Of a stretch of 64,000 nt of DNA, positions 29,001 through 41,555 are shown one piece after another. The translations under genes were made by a program, and so were the position numbers. Location of the stretch: the NCBI GenBank assembly GCA_943704425.1, contig CALSCP010000692.1:1-64000 (forward strand). The letters run 5' to 3'. How positions within the stretch are numbered: position 1 is the first letter of the stretch; the number at the start of each line of letters is the position of its first letter. The notes beneath the pieces were generated by a model that was not told the DNA's origin, did not search any database, and saw only the letters and a list, made by a program, of their open reading frames with translations. The stretch is from Ministeria vibrans ATCC 50519 (Eukaryota > Protista > Filasterea).

Positions 29001-31398
29001 CCGGCTGTTTCATTGGCGACTCGCGCACCCCAACTTTCCTTGCCTTCATCAATGGCAACGGTGTCATGATGGACTTTCTCAAGCTCGACTACCTGGCCAA
29101 GGGACGTGCGGCGGGCGCTTCGAAGCTCGAGTCGGACGAGCGCCGACTGCGTGAGTTCATTGAGGCGAAGCGGCCATCGGTGGTCGCTGTTGCCGCCAAC
29201 AATTTGTCGGACCGTCGCATCTTTGACCAGATTGCCGGCATTGTTGGATCGGTCAACGACCTGAAACGACACGAGGCACGCGAACGCAAGCAAGAGATGC
29301 TCGATGAAAAGCGCGAGGTGGACGCGGCTGCGTTGAAGCGCAAGAAGAGCAAGAAGAAGGCGGGCGCAGTGACTGCCGAGCTGAACCCGCTTGACTACGA
29401 ACTGCAGCCCGAAGACAACGCAGGCTTCACGCCCATGCAGGTACGCTGGGCTGACCCCTCGGTCCCCAACATCTACGGTCAGAGTGAGCGTTCGAGCAAG
29501 GAGTTTCCGCAGTTTCCGCCGGTGCTGTGTCGTGCCATTTCGGTTGGGCGTGTCGTGCAGGACCCACTCTTTGAGTACGCGTCGTTGTCGAACATTGACC
29601 ACGAGCTGACGGGCGTCAAGGTGACGCCGCTGCAGAGCCTTGTGGGTGAGGAGCTTGTGGAAGAGTGGTTTGAGCGGGCGCTGGTGACGGCTGTGGCGCG
29701 TGTCGGTGTTGACTTCAACCATGTCCTGCGTTTCCCACATCGCGAGGCAGCGCTTCATCTGGTGGCCGGGTTTGGGTTGCGCAAGGCACAGTACCTGGCA
29801 CGTGGCGTGCAGCAGCGACGTCAGCCTATTCGCACACGACTTGAGTTACGTGCCACACCAGGCGTGGGCGAGTGTGTGTACCGCAACGCGGCGCCCTTCC
29901 TCAAGATTGTGGCTCCAGCACACTCGCACAACGACGACGATGACATGGACGAGTACGAGATGGAGGGTGTCGACGACGGTGACATTGTGTACGATGACGA
30001 TGACGATGACGATGCCGACGACGACGACGACGGCGAACGAAGACGCGCTCGACGACGGAATCAGCAGCGACAGCGGCAACGGCAACGTGGTGGTGACGAA
30101 GATGAGGGTGAGGATGATGGTGACGGCGATGAAATTGTCGTGCCTGAGCCACTAGGGTACACGGAAGAGGAGGAGGAGTACTTTGCAGTGGTGCACAACG
30201 ACGAGCTAGACCTGAATGACATTGTGGAGAACGAAGAGCTGGTGAAGGACGCGGACGACGACGAGGACAACGTGAACTTTGTTGAGCACCAGCAGTTGTT
30301 GGTGGAGAAGCGCAAGCGACTGGCCGAGTGGGAGGAGCGCGAGCGGGCGCGCATTGAGCGGGCAGAGGCGATTGAGATGGCGCAGGAGCGACTGCGGCGG
30401 CGACGCGAGCGCAACGAGGAGCTCGAGCGAGCGAAGCGTGAGAAGCGCCTGATTCACTATGTGGACGTGCTCGACCAGACGCGAGTGCCGCCCGAGGCGT
30501 ACGATTATGCACGTTTCATTGCGAAGAACGCGGTGGAGTCGAACGAGACGGCGGACGACATTCGGGACGATCCGAGCAAGCATGTGGCGCGTCTGTTGGC
30601 GTCGCGCAGTGACGACTCGGGAGCGCGCGAGATTCTGCGTCTGTTTGACTTGGCGGACATGGCGCTGAACTACCTGCGACAGAAGAATGTGGTGCAGCTG
30701 CTCGAGTTGATTCGTGAAGAGCTGCGCGATCCGTTTCGTGATCCTCGTCGACGGCTAGAGGATGTTGCGGGTGAATTAGGGGCGCCCGAGTCGCGCACGG
30801 GCAACCCGTATGCGTCGGTGGGAGCCGAGCGGTTGTTGACGCTCTTCACGGGCGAGACGCTGGCGACGTTGTGCAAGGGACGTGTGGTGAAGGGCACGGT
30901 GATGCGGTTTAGTCAGCGTGACAAACCGACAACGACGGTGCGACTCGACTGTGGACTGCAGGGCATCATTCCATTGTCGAAGCTGAGTCGCACGCGTCTC
31001 GCACACCCCGAGGAGCGTCTGTCGATTGGGCAGGTGGTTGAGGCGCGCATTGTCGAGCTGGATCCGGCGCGGATGTTGGCGGTGCTCGAGTGTCGCGGGG
31101 ACACCATGGCGAACCCACCACCCGAGATGGCACCCGTGCGCGACGCCATCTACTATGATGCGCCGGCTGAGGAGGCGGCACGAGCGTCGGCGCGGGCCAA
31201 GAAGGAGGCGCAGCACCAAGCCAAGATGCGACGGTACAAGAAGCGACCGATTGAGCACCCTCTCTTCCGCAATGTTTCGCTGGCAGCCGCACTTGCACTG
31301 CTTGAGGACCCTTCGGTTGACGCGGTGTTTCGTCCCAGCAGTAAGGGGACGGACCATCTGACAGTGTCTTGGAAGGTAAAGCAAAAGAGGGGAAAAAA

Positions 31399-31450
<52 letters not shown>

Positions 31451-32599
31451 CTGACAATGGTTTTGTGTGTAGTTCGCTGAAGGTGAGATTGTGCACGAGG
31501 ACATTCAGGAGCTGGACAAGGTCAACGATGTGGTGTTGGGGCGTCGACTGCGAATTCTAGACGAAGAGTACGAGGACCTCGATGAAATTGTGGTCCGCCG
31601 CATTCAGCCGTCCATTGCCTTTTCCAAGGCTATTTGTGGTTATAAGGTAGGGAGTTTTTTTTTTTTTTTCGTCTGTGTGAGTATGTCTGATGCGAATGGC
31701 TGTGTAGTATTTCCGATCGATGCAACAGAGTGAATTGAAGAAGATGATGGAGAAGGAGAAGTCGCAGTACCCATCCAAGACACCGTACTACTTTATCATT
31801 GATCGAGTACGCAATTATAATAACATTTTTAGTGTGGAGTGAGTGATTGACTGTGTGTGTGCATGTGTAGGGGCATCCCAAGTGCTTCTCGCTCGGGTGT
31901 TTACCGTCGCGACGAGTGCGATTTGAGACGGTGCGAGTGACTGCGGACGGGTACCGGTACCGTCAGGAGCTACACACATCGCTGCAGAAGCTCGTTGGGT
32001 ATTTCAAGCGCAACATTAATGTGGCGCCACCGAAGCGCCCTACGCCTGCCGTGGCCTCTGCTAAGCCACAGAGCACAAACAACGCAATGGATGATGTGTC
32101 GATGGGTGGAGGATCGAGTGTGGGAGCATGGAGTGGTGGTGGAGCGAGTAGTGGGGGTGGTGGTGGCTATGGGGATGGGAGTGTGCGACGACCAAGTCGC
32201 TTTGATGTGGGTGCGCCTCCGTCCGGTACACCTTCGTACTTTTCGGATTCGTACGGCGGTCGGCAGGGTGCTGGTGCGGGTGCGCCTCCACCCATGCACC
32301 CTCCACCGTCGTCCTACCTGCCGCCGCCGCCACAGCGTCAACAGCAGCAGCAACAACGCCCGCCATCGTCGTATTCGACAGGTGGTGGGCAACAGTACGG
32401 GCAAGGGACGGTGGGCTACGACCCGTACGCCAGCCAGAGCAGCTTCTCTCTGCCGCCTCCGCCCCACCAGTACGGCGGTCCTGCTCCGCCCTCAGGTGCT
32501 CCTGCTCCGCCCCCCTGGCGCAGTGGCGGTGCCCCTCCTCCTCCCGCCCCGCCCGGCTGGGTCAAGGAGGGTGCTTCCTCGTCAAAACCCCGTTATTGA
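26003..32599 (+). CDS. SUPT6H: Transcription elongation factor SPT6
   Basis: Acidic N-terminus, YEPAEL..IRATDFPERLQ, YqgF-like region, HHH (GFGLRKA), S1 domain, tandem SH2 (FRPSSKGTDHLTVSWK; YEDLDEIV). Confidence 0.95.
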
Positions 32600-32640
32600 C
32601 GTAGGGCCCCTTGTGTGTGACAGACAGAGAGAGTGAGCGA

Positions 32641-32672
<32 letters not shown>

Positions 32673-32758
32673 TAATGAATTACTTGTTTCTATGTTTAAA
32701 GAGGACGAAAAGGGTCCAGTTATAATCATAAGAATAATCATACAGGAATGGAGGTGCT

Positions 32759-34475
32759 TTATTTTGTTTTGGTTTTTGATGGACGGGGCTCGAGAATGCG
32801 CTTGCGGGACTCAATGGCCCGTTCAATGTCAGCTTCAAGGCGCTTGCCCAGGGGACGGCCTTGACGTCGCCGTTGCTAAATACGAGAGCGAGAGAGGGTG
32901 TGCGTGTGAGTGAGGAGAGCGAGTGTGTGTGTGTGTGTGCGTGTGCCAGAGATTTCCAGTACCAGATAGCGGAGGTAGCAACGCTCGACATCACAGTCTG
33001 CGGCAAAGAGAGCCGAATCGAGGATATCCGGGTTGGGCTGCGGCTCTTGTGGTGATGGTGATGCTGATGGGGCAGTCATGGGTGGCGGTGGAGTGGGCTC
33101 TGTGTCGGGGAGTGCGCGAATGGCCTCGCGCAGAAGCTCAGTGCGACTGTGGCGGAGTGCTGCGAGTTGGGACTGGGCAGTGCGGAGTTGGTCGAGAATT
33201 TGATCGTCGGCGGGAGGGTAGCGCAGTGTTTGACCGCACTTGCGAGCGAGAGAGGCAAAGACATCCTTGGAAGGGTCGGTGGAGGCGGCGGCAGCAAGAA
33301 CACGGCGCATGGGCTCGGAGGAGGCCTTGAAGACGCGCGCCTGCTGGGCGGGAGTGGACGCGGAAATGGACGGGAGGGCGGCGTGGAGACGGGCGTAGAC
33401 GGCGTCGAAGGAGTGGTGTTCGGTGTCGGCAAGGGATGGATCGAGCAGACCGGCCTTGGCGCACTCGGCTGCGGCCTCGGCTAGGTCGAGCGTAAGACGG
33501 GCCTGGCGGTAGGCTGGCTGGCCGCGCGCTGGCAATGCAGGCACTTCAAGCCAGGCGTCAAGGGGTTCGTCGAGGCTGTCGACTTGATCGAGGGTTGGAA
33601 GGGCCGTAGATGGTGCAGTGGATGTGGAGTTGGGGTGGGTAGTGGCAGCGGTGGTGGTCGTGGTAGTGGTCGTGGTGGTGGTGGGCGGCGGGGGAAGGGC
33701 GTCGATGGAGACCCAGAATTCATGGAGAGGACCAGCAAGAGATGGGAGCTGAATAATCATACAAAAAACAACAGAAATAAGTACAAGAGGGGTGTGCACA
33801 GTGAGAACACATGCATTAAGGATAATGATAATAAATATCTTACTTGGCTGATGGGCAGTGGCGCCTGGTACTTGTCGTCATCGTCGTCGTTGTCGTCCTT
33901 GCGCGTCCTTGCTGTTGTTTTTGCGCGCTTGCTGACGCGCGTCTCCTGTTGCTTCTTGGCTGTGGGAGGCAGTGGGGGAGGGATGAGCATCTGGACGCCT
34001 TCTAAGGGGCGTTTTCGCGGACGGCCGAGCGGGCGCCCCTTGGAGCCGAGTCTCACGCCTGGTGCGTACATGGGCAGAGCCTGCGGAAGCGACGAGGCCG
34101 GGATCGCCGACGATTGGCCCCGGGTGGTCCAGCGCGCGGGCCCGTCGCTCGAGAGCCAGTGGGCGACGCGGTTCTACGAGTGAGAGCAGTTCAGTGTTTC
34201 GCTGACAAGCACATCAGCCAAAAAAAAAAAAAAAATGAATGGTACCTTTTCCTGTACGGCGCGACTGTAGTTGGAGACGGAGACAGCATGCAGGGCTTCG
34301 ACTTCAGCGCGGAGTGCAACGAGTTGGTCTGTGGATAAACTGAGAGAGAGAGAGAGAAGTTAAGAGTTTGAGTTTATGATTGGTCATTCCACCTTTCGCC
34401 ATTTGCAGCGAGATGCAGTGTGGGACAGCACTCGGACGTGGGTACGACGTTAAAGTCCGGAAGTGTTGGGTCCAT
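32759..34475 (-). CDS. TADA3: Transcriptional adapter 3 (SAGA/ATAC ADA3)-like
   Basis: MDPTLPDFNVVPTSECCP.., STDQLVALRAEVEAL, HEFWVSID, DDQILDQLRTAQSQL, ERAIESRKRIL; an AT-hook-like GRPRKR is present. Confidence 0.7.
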
Positions 34476-35119
34476 CACAAAAAATAATAATAAGAAAAGG
34501 GTGAAAATAGATCATTAATTCACTATAAGTTTATTATATTATTATTATCAATAAAATCAATAACTGAAAAATTTTACTGCATCTCGACCGCTGATCGGGT
34601 TCTTCATTGAGTTCGTTCTTCATGGGGAACAATACAATAATAATAATGATATTATTATATTATTATGATAAAAAAAAAAAAAAAGAAATGGGGCTCACTA
34701 ATGTGCCTCCGATTTATGCCACCACTCTGCTCCCGTGTAGCACGGAAGGAGGGCATTAGCATACCGGAGCGACGCGCATCTGCGCGATCGCCTCAGAGAG
34801 ACACACCGCCAACCGATTTCATTTTGTGCCTTTGTGGTTTATATTGTGAGTGGATGTTCGACCAAATGATGACAGAGCATTTCTAAAAATAATGATTTAA
34901 TTATATTAACAAAGACAGAGTCTATTCAGTGCCTCAGTCTTGACTCTTGAGTCTATACTTTGGCATATGCTATGGCCTATGGCCTATGGCCTATAATTGC
35001 TATCCTGAGACCTAATTCGGACTTGGTTCAATAATCATTTCAGTATGATAATAATTATTATTAATTTGTATTCATTCAAACATTTATATGATCTAACGTC
35101 GGTCTGCTGTGCGTACATA

Positions 35120-36661
35120 ATGAGACTGCGTAGCAAGCTCAGTCAGTCCACAAGCCCTACCTTTTCGGTGTATGGGGGCAATGATTTCGGCGAGGGTGGA
35201 GAGGGAGAGCAGTTTTCGTGCGACGTGATGAGTGTCGCTGCTGGAGCGACTCACACCCTTGTCCTGTGCCGGGACGGGCGTGTATTATCGCGTGGCTCCA
35301 ACTCCAATGGACAGCTGGGTCGACGAGGTGACGAGAATGCCTCGTTTGAGAGTGTTGAGGTTGAAAGTGAGATTCGAGCGGTTGCCAGTGGCAACCGATT
35401 CTCGCTGTTCCTCAGTGCGGACGGACGTGTGTTTGGGTGTGGTAACAATGTGTCGGCGCAGCTCGGGTTCTTTTTCGGCGACGAATGCTACTGTGCGGCT
35501 CCACAAGCGCCCAAATTCTTGCCACACTTTCGTCGGCCTGTGCGTTCCATTGTGTGCGGCGCTGATTTCTCAGTCTTCGTCATGGACGACGGCCAGCTGT
35601 ATGCCTGCGGTGCCAATGCCTACGGACAGCTGGGGCGCGGTGTACGTGAGCCTGCACAGTTTGTGCCGCGACCGGTAGAGCTGGACATTCCTGCCAATGA
35701 CGCAGTGACTCAGCTTGCCTGCGGCCATCGGCATGTGCTTGCACGCACCGCCAAAGGTGCTCTGTACACCTGGGGCTACGAGCGAGCTGTTTCGGCAGTG
35801 GTCGGTGCTATCCATCGGCCAGACGGGGACCTACCACGACCAAAGCGGATTGATCATGACGGGGGTGTTGGGCGTCTCCCCCACCCAATCTCATGTGTTG
35901 CCGCTGGAGGCTATGTGTCTCTTGCGGTGTGCGGAGACGACCGGTTGGTCTATTCGTGGGGTCAGGGAGACCATCACGTGGGTGGGCGCAGCGACAAACG
36001 GCCGGTGTGTGTGCCGCTGCTGCGTGACATTGTATGCGTGGATGCGGGTGATGCATTTGCTGTTGCTCTTGACGCACATTCGCGACTCTTTGTCTGGGGG
36101 AGAAACTGTGCGCGACTCCTCACCGACGTGTCGCCGTCCAAGCGACTTTACGAGCCGGTGCAATGTGCGGTGGATGGCCCTGTGACGCGCGTGTACTGTG
36201 GGGCATGGCACTGTGTGATTCAGCACAGCACGACAGTGGGGTGCGCATTGTTCGCAGTCAAGAAGCAGCCACAAAGTATGAAAATGATAACTCCTTCACC
36301 TCGAAGCGTGGGTGAGGCAAATGAGCAGCCAGAAAAGGTGATGGATCAGCCACGAAGCGATTGCGGCGCAGTAGTGGCGCGACCCGTGTCGACTACAGGG
36401 GCGCGGACACGACTCCTGACGAAGCGATCGTCGGTTGATGAAGATGGCACTGAGAGTGTGGTGACAGGGAGCAGAGTGCGGCGGAGACGCTCAGAGAGTG
36501 TCACGAGTGGTGGCAGCTCTGGTGACATGGAGAGTGCGCCAGCCGAGCCAGTGCTTGTTCGTGCCAAGCGACTGTGTGCGCCTCAGTCGCCAAGCCCCGC
36601 TGAGAAGCGTCTGAAGAATATCAGCCGCATTTTGAAGGAGATTGACGCCGAGCTGGAGTGA
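35120..36661 (+). CDS. RCC1-repeat (RLD) protein, intronless
   Basis: Repeated VAAGATHTL..GSNSNGQLG, GNNVSAQLG, CGADFS..GANAYGQLG, ACGHRHVL. Confidence 0.88.
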   Translation: MRLRSKLSQSTSPTFSVYGGNDFGEGGEGEQFSCDVMSVAAGATHTLVLCRDGRVLSRGSNSNGQLGRRGDENASFESVEVESEIRAVASGNRFSLFLSADGRVFGCGNNVSAQLGFFFGDECYCAAPQAPKFLPHFRRPVRSIVCGADFSVFVMDDGQLYACGANAYGQLGRGVREPAQFVPRPVELDIPANDAVTQLACGHRHVLARTAKGALYTWGYERAVSAVVGAIHRPDGDLPRPKRIDHDGGVGRLPHPISCVAAGGYVSLAVCGDDRLVYSWGQGDHHVGGRSDKRPVCVPLLRDIVCVDAGDAFAVALDAHSRLFVWGRNCARLLTDVSPSKRLYEPVQCAVDGPVTRVYCGAWHCVIQHSTTVGCALFAVKKQPQSMKMITPSPRSVGEANEQPEKVMDQPRSDCGAVVARPVSTTGARTRLLTKRSSVDEDGTESVVTGSRVRRRRSESVTSGGSSGDMESAPAEPVLVRAKRLCAPQSPSPAEKRLKNISRILKEIDAELE

Positions 36662-36792
36662 ATCAATGTATAAAACTAAAATAAATTATTATGATTATAT
36701 TTTTGTACATAGTTGTCTTACACTTCAGCTTGATCACTGCGTCTTATCACACATTTGTCTACTACAAAAGTACAATTCATCTGAATTGAATC

Positions 36793-37461
36793 ATGCTGTC
36801 GGCAAGCGCCCCCGCCGTCCCGCAAGTTCGCGTGGTTGGTGATCCAGTTTTGAGGCAGATCGCAACTCCCGTGCCCGACAATGGAAAGGTCCCTGGCGAA
36901 GTTGTCGCCGCGGGAAACGCCCTCATGGCTCGACTGGCACTGTTTCGCCACGAGCATGGCTTTGGTCGCGGCATTGCTGCGCCCCAGTTGGGCTTTTCAG
37001 TGCGTTTGATTTGTCTTGATCTTGGACGCGGTCCCTTCCTCGCCGCCAATCCTGTGCTAACGCCCACGCGACAAGACAAGTTTTCGCTGTGGGACGACTG
37101 CATGTCCTTTCCCGACACTCTCGCCGCGGTGAATCGCTTTGAGAGTGTCCACGCGACCTTTTGCGACCTGCAAACGGGCGAGCGCGTCAATTTGCGACAT
37201 TGCTCGCGCGACCTGAGCGAACTGCTCCAACACGAGTGCGATCACCTCGACGGCGTCCTGAGCCTCGACATTTGCTTTGCACGTGTCCTAAAGAGCGAGT
37301 ACGCACAGGATCGGGCGCGCTACGACGCCATGGTCACTCCTGGCTACTCCATCACTCCCATCTGCAGCTCCGACGCTTCCTCCGCGGAGCGCTACCCAAA
37401 AGTCCCGCCACAATTTTGCAAAGAGATTCTCGTAGACACGTCAACGCTCTGCAGTCAGTGA
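36793..37461 (+). CDS. Peptide deformylase, intronless
   Basis: GDPVLRQIA, motif 1 GRGIAAPQLG, motif 2 variant DDCMSF, motif 3 QHECDHLDG. Confidence 0.9.
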   Translation: MLSASAPAVPQVRVVGDPVLRQIATPVPDNGKVPGEVVAAGNALMARLALFRHEHGFGRGIAAPQLGFSVRLICLDLGRGPFLAANPVLTPTRQDKFSLWDDCMSFPDTLAAVNRFESVHATFCDLQTGERVNLRHCSRDLSELLQHECDHLDGVLSLDICFARVLKSEYAQDRARYDAMVTPGYSITPICSSDASSAERYPKVPPQFCKEILVDTSTLCSQ

Positions 37462-37526
37462 AAGTGTAAAATGAGTATAATGCATCATAATTAAAAGCTG
37501 AAATGGACTTGAGAGGGTGGCGTGTT

Positions 37527-38677
37527 TCATTGCATGAGCGCATCGACGACCGTCTTGACATTAAAGTTGCGCAGCGCGTCGTAAGTCTGACCGGTGCCCA
37601 CAAACACAATGGGCTTCCCACTGGTGTACGTCATGCTGATGGCGGCGCCCACCTTGTCATCAATGGTGTCAAACTTGGTCAGCACAATGCCGTCGATGAG
37701 GCGCGGGGCGGCGCTGCTGCTCCCGTACGTCGACAGCGCACGCGAGAACTTGCTCAGCTGGTCGACAGCCTCATTGCCCACCAGTGCCTCTCCAACAAAC
37801 AGCACCAAATCGGGCGAGTTCATCCCCACCAGCTTTGCCAGCGACCGCATCAGTGGCTCGTTGTCCTGCATTCGTCCTGCAGTATCCACCAACTACAAAC
37901 GAAAAAAAAACGCGCGTGTGTGTGTGTGAGTGAGAGCGCAAATAGAGTGCATGTACATCAAGTCAGCCTCAACAGAGAGCAAGAAAGAAAAGAGAGCGAG
38001 TGATACGCACACACATGATATGGACTTCACAAAAAAGTGCGTTTTAAGAGGCGCACGTACCACCACGTCCCGACCCGTTTGGCGCGCATGCACAATGGCG
38101 TCCTTGGCCACATCCGCTGCGTTCTTGCCATAGCCGCTCTCATAGAGCGCGACGGGCGCCGCATCGGGATCCGCACTTGCATTGTCAAAACCAACAATCT
38201 TGTTGAGGCTGTTCTTGTGAGTCATTAGCTGTTCCACTGCGCCCGATCGGAACGTGTCGCATGCAGCAATCAACACTCGCTGCTTCTTGTTCGTGAGCCA
38301 ATATGCAATTTTGGCCAGGTTGGTGCTCTTCCCAACGCCATTGACACCACAGAACACAATCACATACGGACTACATACAATACACAGTCATGGAAGTTAG
38401 ATTACACTTGTTTGCAGTAGTAGGATTAGGGTGAAACGTTTAAGCTCAAGGTGTGTGTCGATACCGTTTTTGCTCTCGAGCGGCAATGATACCTCTGAGG
38501 ATATCGACGCGTTTGCTTGGCGACAGAATGCGAGTAAGACACTCACTGACAGCATCGCGCACAGTCGTCTGCACGCTGGTCAATGTGGGGGCCTGTTTGC
38601 CCACCAGCGACGCACTCACCGACTTGCACAGTGCCTCGGCAATCTCAGCAGCAACATTCTTCCCCATCAAACTCTCC
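37527..38677 (-). CDS. SRPRA: SRP receptor alpha, 3' (NG GTPase) part
   Basis: [75 protein letters not shown]. Confidence 0.93.
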
Positions 38678-38856
38678 CTATAAGATAAGAATGAGCACCA
38701 ATCACTCACTCTCTCTATCACTTTGTTTCGTTCTCCCTCCTTTCCCTCTATCACTTTGTTTCTTTCTCCCTCCCTCCTCTCACCATCACTTTGTTTCTTT
38801 CTCCCTCCCTCCTCTCTCCTTCTCTTTTTTTGTTCACTCTCTCGTTCTCTTTCTTT

Positions 38857-38926
<70 letters not shown>

Positions 38927-38938
38927 CTCTCTCTGTAG

Positions 38939-40041
38939 TGAATCTTGCCATTGCGCTCTCTCAACGCCAGAAGCGCGTCGGTATCTTGGATGCCGATGTT
39001 TTTGGTCCATCTATACCAAAGATGATGAATCTCTCAGGGAAACCAGCCGTGACAGACCGTAAGTAGAGCGTTTGTGTTTCTGTGCGTCTGACTCAACTGT
39101 GTGTAGAAAAACGAATGGTCCCTTTGACCAACTATGGAATTCAATGCATGTCAATGGGATTTATTGTAGCCGAAGATGATCCCATTGTGTGGCGCGGGCT
39201 AATGGTACACCAGCATCAAAACGATCCATTCATTCATAGTCACTTTCTATGTTCTGTGTGGATCTGTCTGTTCGTATGTGTGTTTGTTGTTGTTGTCGCA
39301 ATACACAAAGGTGATGAAGGCCATCGAGCAGCTTGTGCGGCAGACGGCATGGGATGATCTGGATCTGCTTGTCATTGATATGCCTCCCGGTACGCAATTG
39401 AACAGGACACAAAGGAAGATCATCTCATGTTGTCGATCGTAGGCACGGGCGACACTCAATTGACCATCGCCCAACAAATTCCCATTGATGGTCAGTATAT
39501 TGTTTTTGTTTCTAATTCTCTTTGCGTTTTTGACAATGTGTTATATAAAGGAGCACTCATTGTGAGCACTCCACAGGAAATTGCATTGAGTGATGTCACG
39601 CGAGGCATTGAAATGTTTCGGAAAATGGATATTAATGTACGAAGCAAAACCAATCCATTGAATAGTCTAACCCGTTTTTTTTCTCTTTGACGTGTAGCTT
39701 TTGGGAATTGTACAAAACATGAGTTTGTTTGTGTGTCCAAAGTGTGGCACAAAAAGTCACATTTTTGGGGAAAACGGATGTGAGTGGGTTGCGAAGAAAT
39801 TCAATGTGAAACTGATTGGTATTTACATAAAGAGAGTGACGAAAACGGAAAGTAAAGCTTCTTTATTGGTCTGTTTGTTTTAGGGGACATTCCGTTGAAA
39901 ATTGGTATTCGGGAGTGTGCTGATGCAGGAACACCCGTTGTGGTGGCGGGCAATGCTGCGGAATACGCTCAGTTGGCTGAGAGTGTTTTGGCTGAGATGC
40001 CCAAATGGACTGATCCGTTTGCACCCACGAGTGCCCTGTAG
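38939..40041 (+). CDS. NUBPL: NUBPL/Ind1 (Mrp/NBP35 family Fe-S carrier), 5' exons missing
   Basis: [43 protein letters not shown]|[29 protein letters not shown]. The Walker A exon (SGKGGVGKS) is absent. Confidence 0.88.
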
Positions 40042-40315
40042 GACTGTGATTTTGATATGGTCTTATTTAGTGCGATTGCTGGATGCGGTGGCAGTGTGAA
40101 ACAAAAAAAGAGAAACAATGAATTGACTTAATGTAATATAATGGATTTGGAATCCGTACTCAAACGATGACTGTACCGATTAAAATTTGTAATAGATTTG
40201 GACTCTTGCGTGCTCTTCTTCAGTATGTACACTGGAGAGTGTGCAGGGTGAAACAAAGGAAGAGAGAGACATTAATGTGGCTGTGGTTTGTACATTGAAT
40301 GATACACATTGTGTC

Positions 40316-40514
40316 TCAAAGGTCCTCCTCAGGAGCGCGTTTTCTCTTCTTGCGCTTCTCGGCGCGCTCCACCTCTTCTTCGTCGATGAATTTGCTCAGA
40401 TGTTCTTTGAGGGAAGGGTTCTTGCGGGCATTGAGCAGAATATCCTCTGACTGGATCGTCATTCTCTTTGCGTGTCTACACATAAACACACACACACAGT
40501 CATGTCAACCAGAA

Positions 40515-40561
<47 letters not shown>

Positions 40562-40960
40562 GACTCATTCAGAGCACTGCATTGGGCAATAGAATACACC
40601 CCCGTCCCATACAACCCCACCCCACTCGTGTGCTCAGTAGAGAGCGAGCGAGAGAGAGCGAAAGAGTGTCTAATCTTCCGTCGACCATTTTTGACGGTTC
40701 TCTTTTTTACTCTCTCTCTCTCTCTCTTTTTTTATTTCTCTTTCTCTCTGTTGTCACCTTGCAAACGCCGCGCTGTCCTTAGCAAGGCGCTCCATCTTCC
40801 TATTGGACACTTCTGCAATGGCTGCGACGGCCGCATCGCTGAAATCCACATCCAGACTCAGCGCAAGCGCACGACACAGCTCGCCCGACGCAAAGTGGAT
40901 GGCCGCACGCACCCGCTCGCGGTCCCCCATATCCCGCATCCGCTCGTCGTCGTCTGACAT
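40316..40960 (-). CDS. CENPS: CENP-S/MHF1 histone-fold protein
   Basis: ERVRAAIHFASGELC..AIAE..LAKDSAAFAR|HAKRMTIQSEDILLNARKNPSL. Confidence 0.85.
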
Positions 40961-41046
40961 GTCCGCGAGTCGGTAATGCAATTTATTCAAGAAATGAGTG
41001 AATTGTGAAAAATTGAAAAACAAACATTCAATGTTTTGTTTATTGA

Positions 41047-41517
41047 TTATTCGGCCTTGGACATTTTGGGGGCAGTCTGTCCCTCACCCGAGTCCTCAGC
41101 CTTGCGCTTACGACCGCCACCGCCACCACCGCCACCGCGTCCACGGCCACCACCACCACGTCCACGACCGCCACGGCCGCCACCACGTCCGCCGCGTCCC
41201 CGGCCACCACCACGGTGTCCTCCACGGGGTCCCGAGTCCGCCTTGCGCTTGCGTGACTCAGCCACCTTGCGCCAGTACTCGCGCTCCTCATCGCCCGTCA
41301 CCACCGTCAACGTCGCCTCTTCTCCACGCACGCGACACTCCTTCCCATCACTCGTCAACTCACGCACTGCCTTGGCCGCCACACTCTCTTCCTCGGCCTC
41401 ACTCCCTTCCACCTGCCTGAATCGCACATGGCCTTCCGTCTCTCCCCGGTTGAAATCAATCCATCCAATCGTTCCGAACCGCCCGAAAATTTCCTACACA
41501 GCCACACCAAAACCATC

Positions 41518-41555
<38 letters not shown>

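Noticed and set aside
26633-29758. Several 320-340 aa minus-strand ORFs
   Set aside because: Shadow ORFs opposite the GC-rich SPT6 coding exon; no motifs.
34968-34993. (CTATGGC)x3 short tandem repeat
   Set aside because: Too short to support any function or element call.
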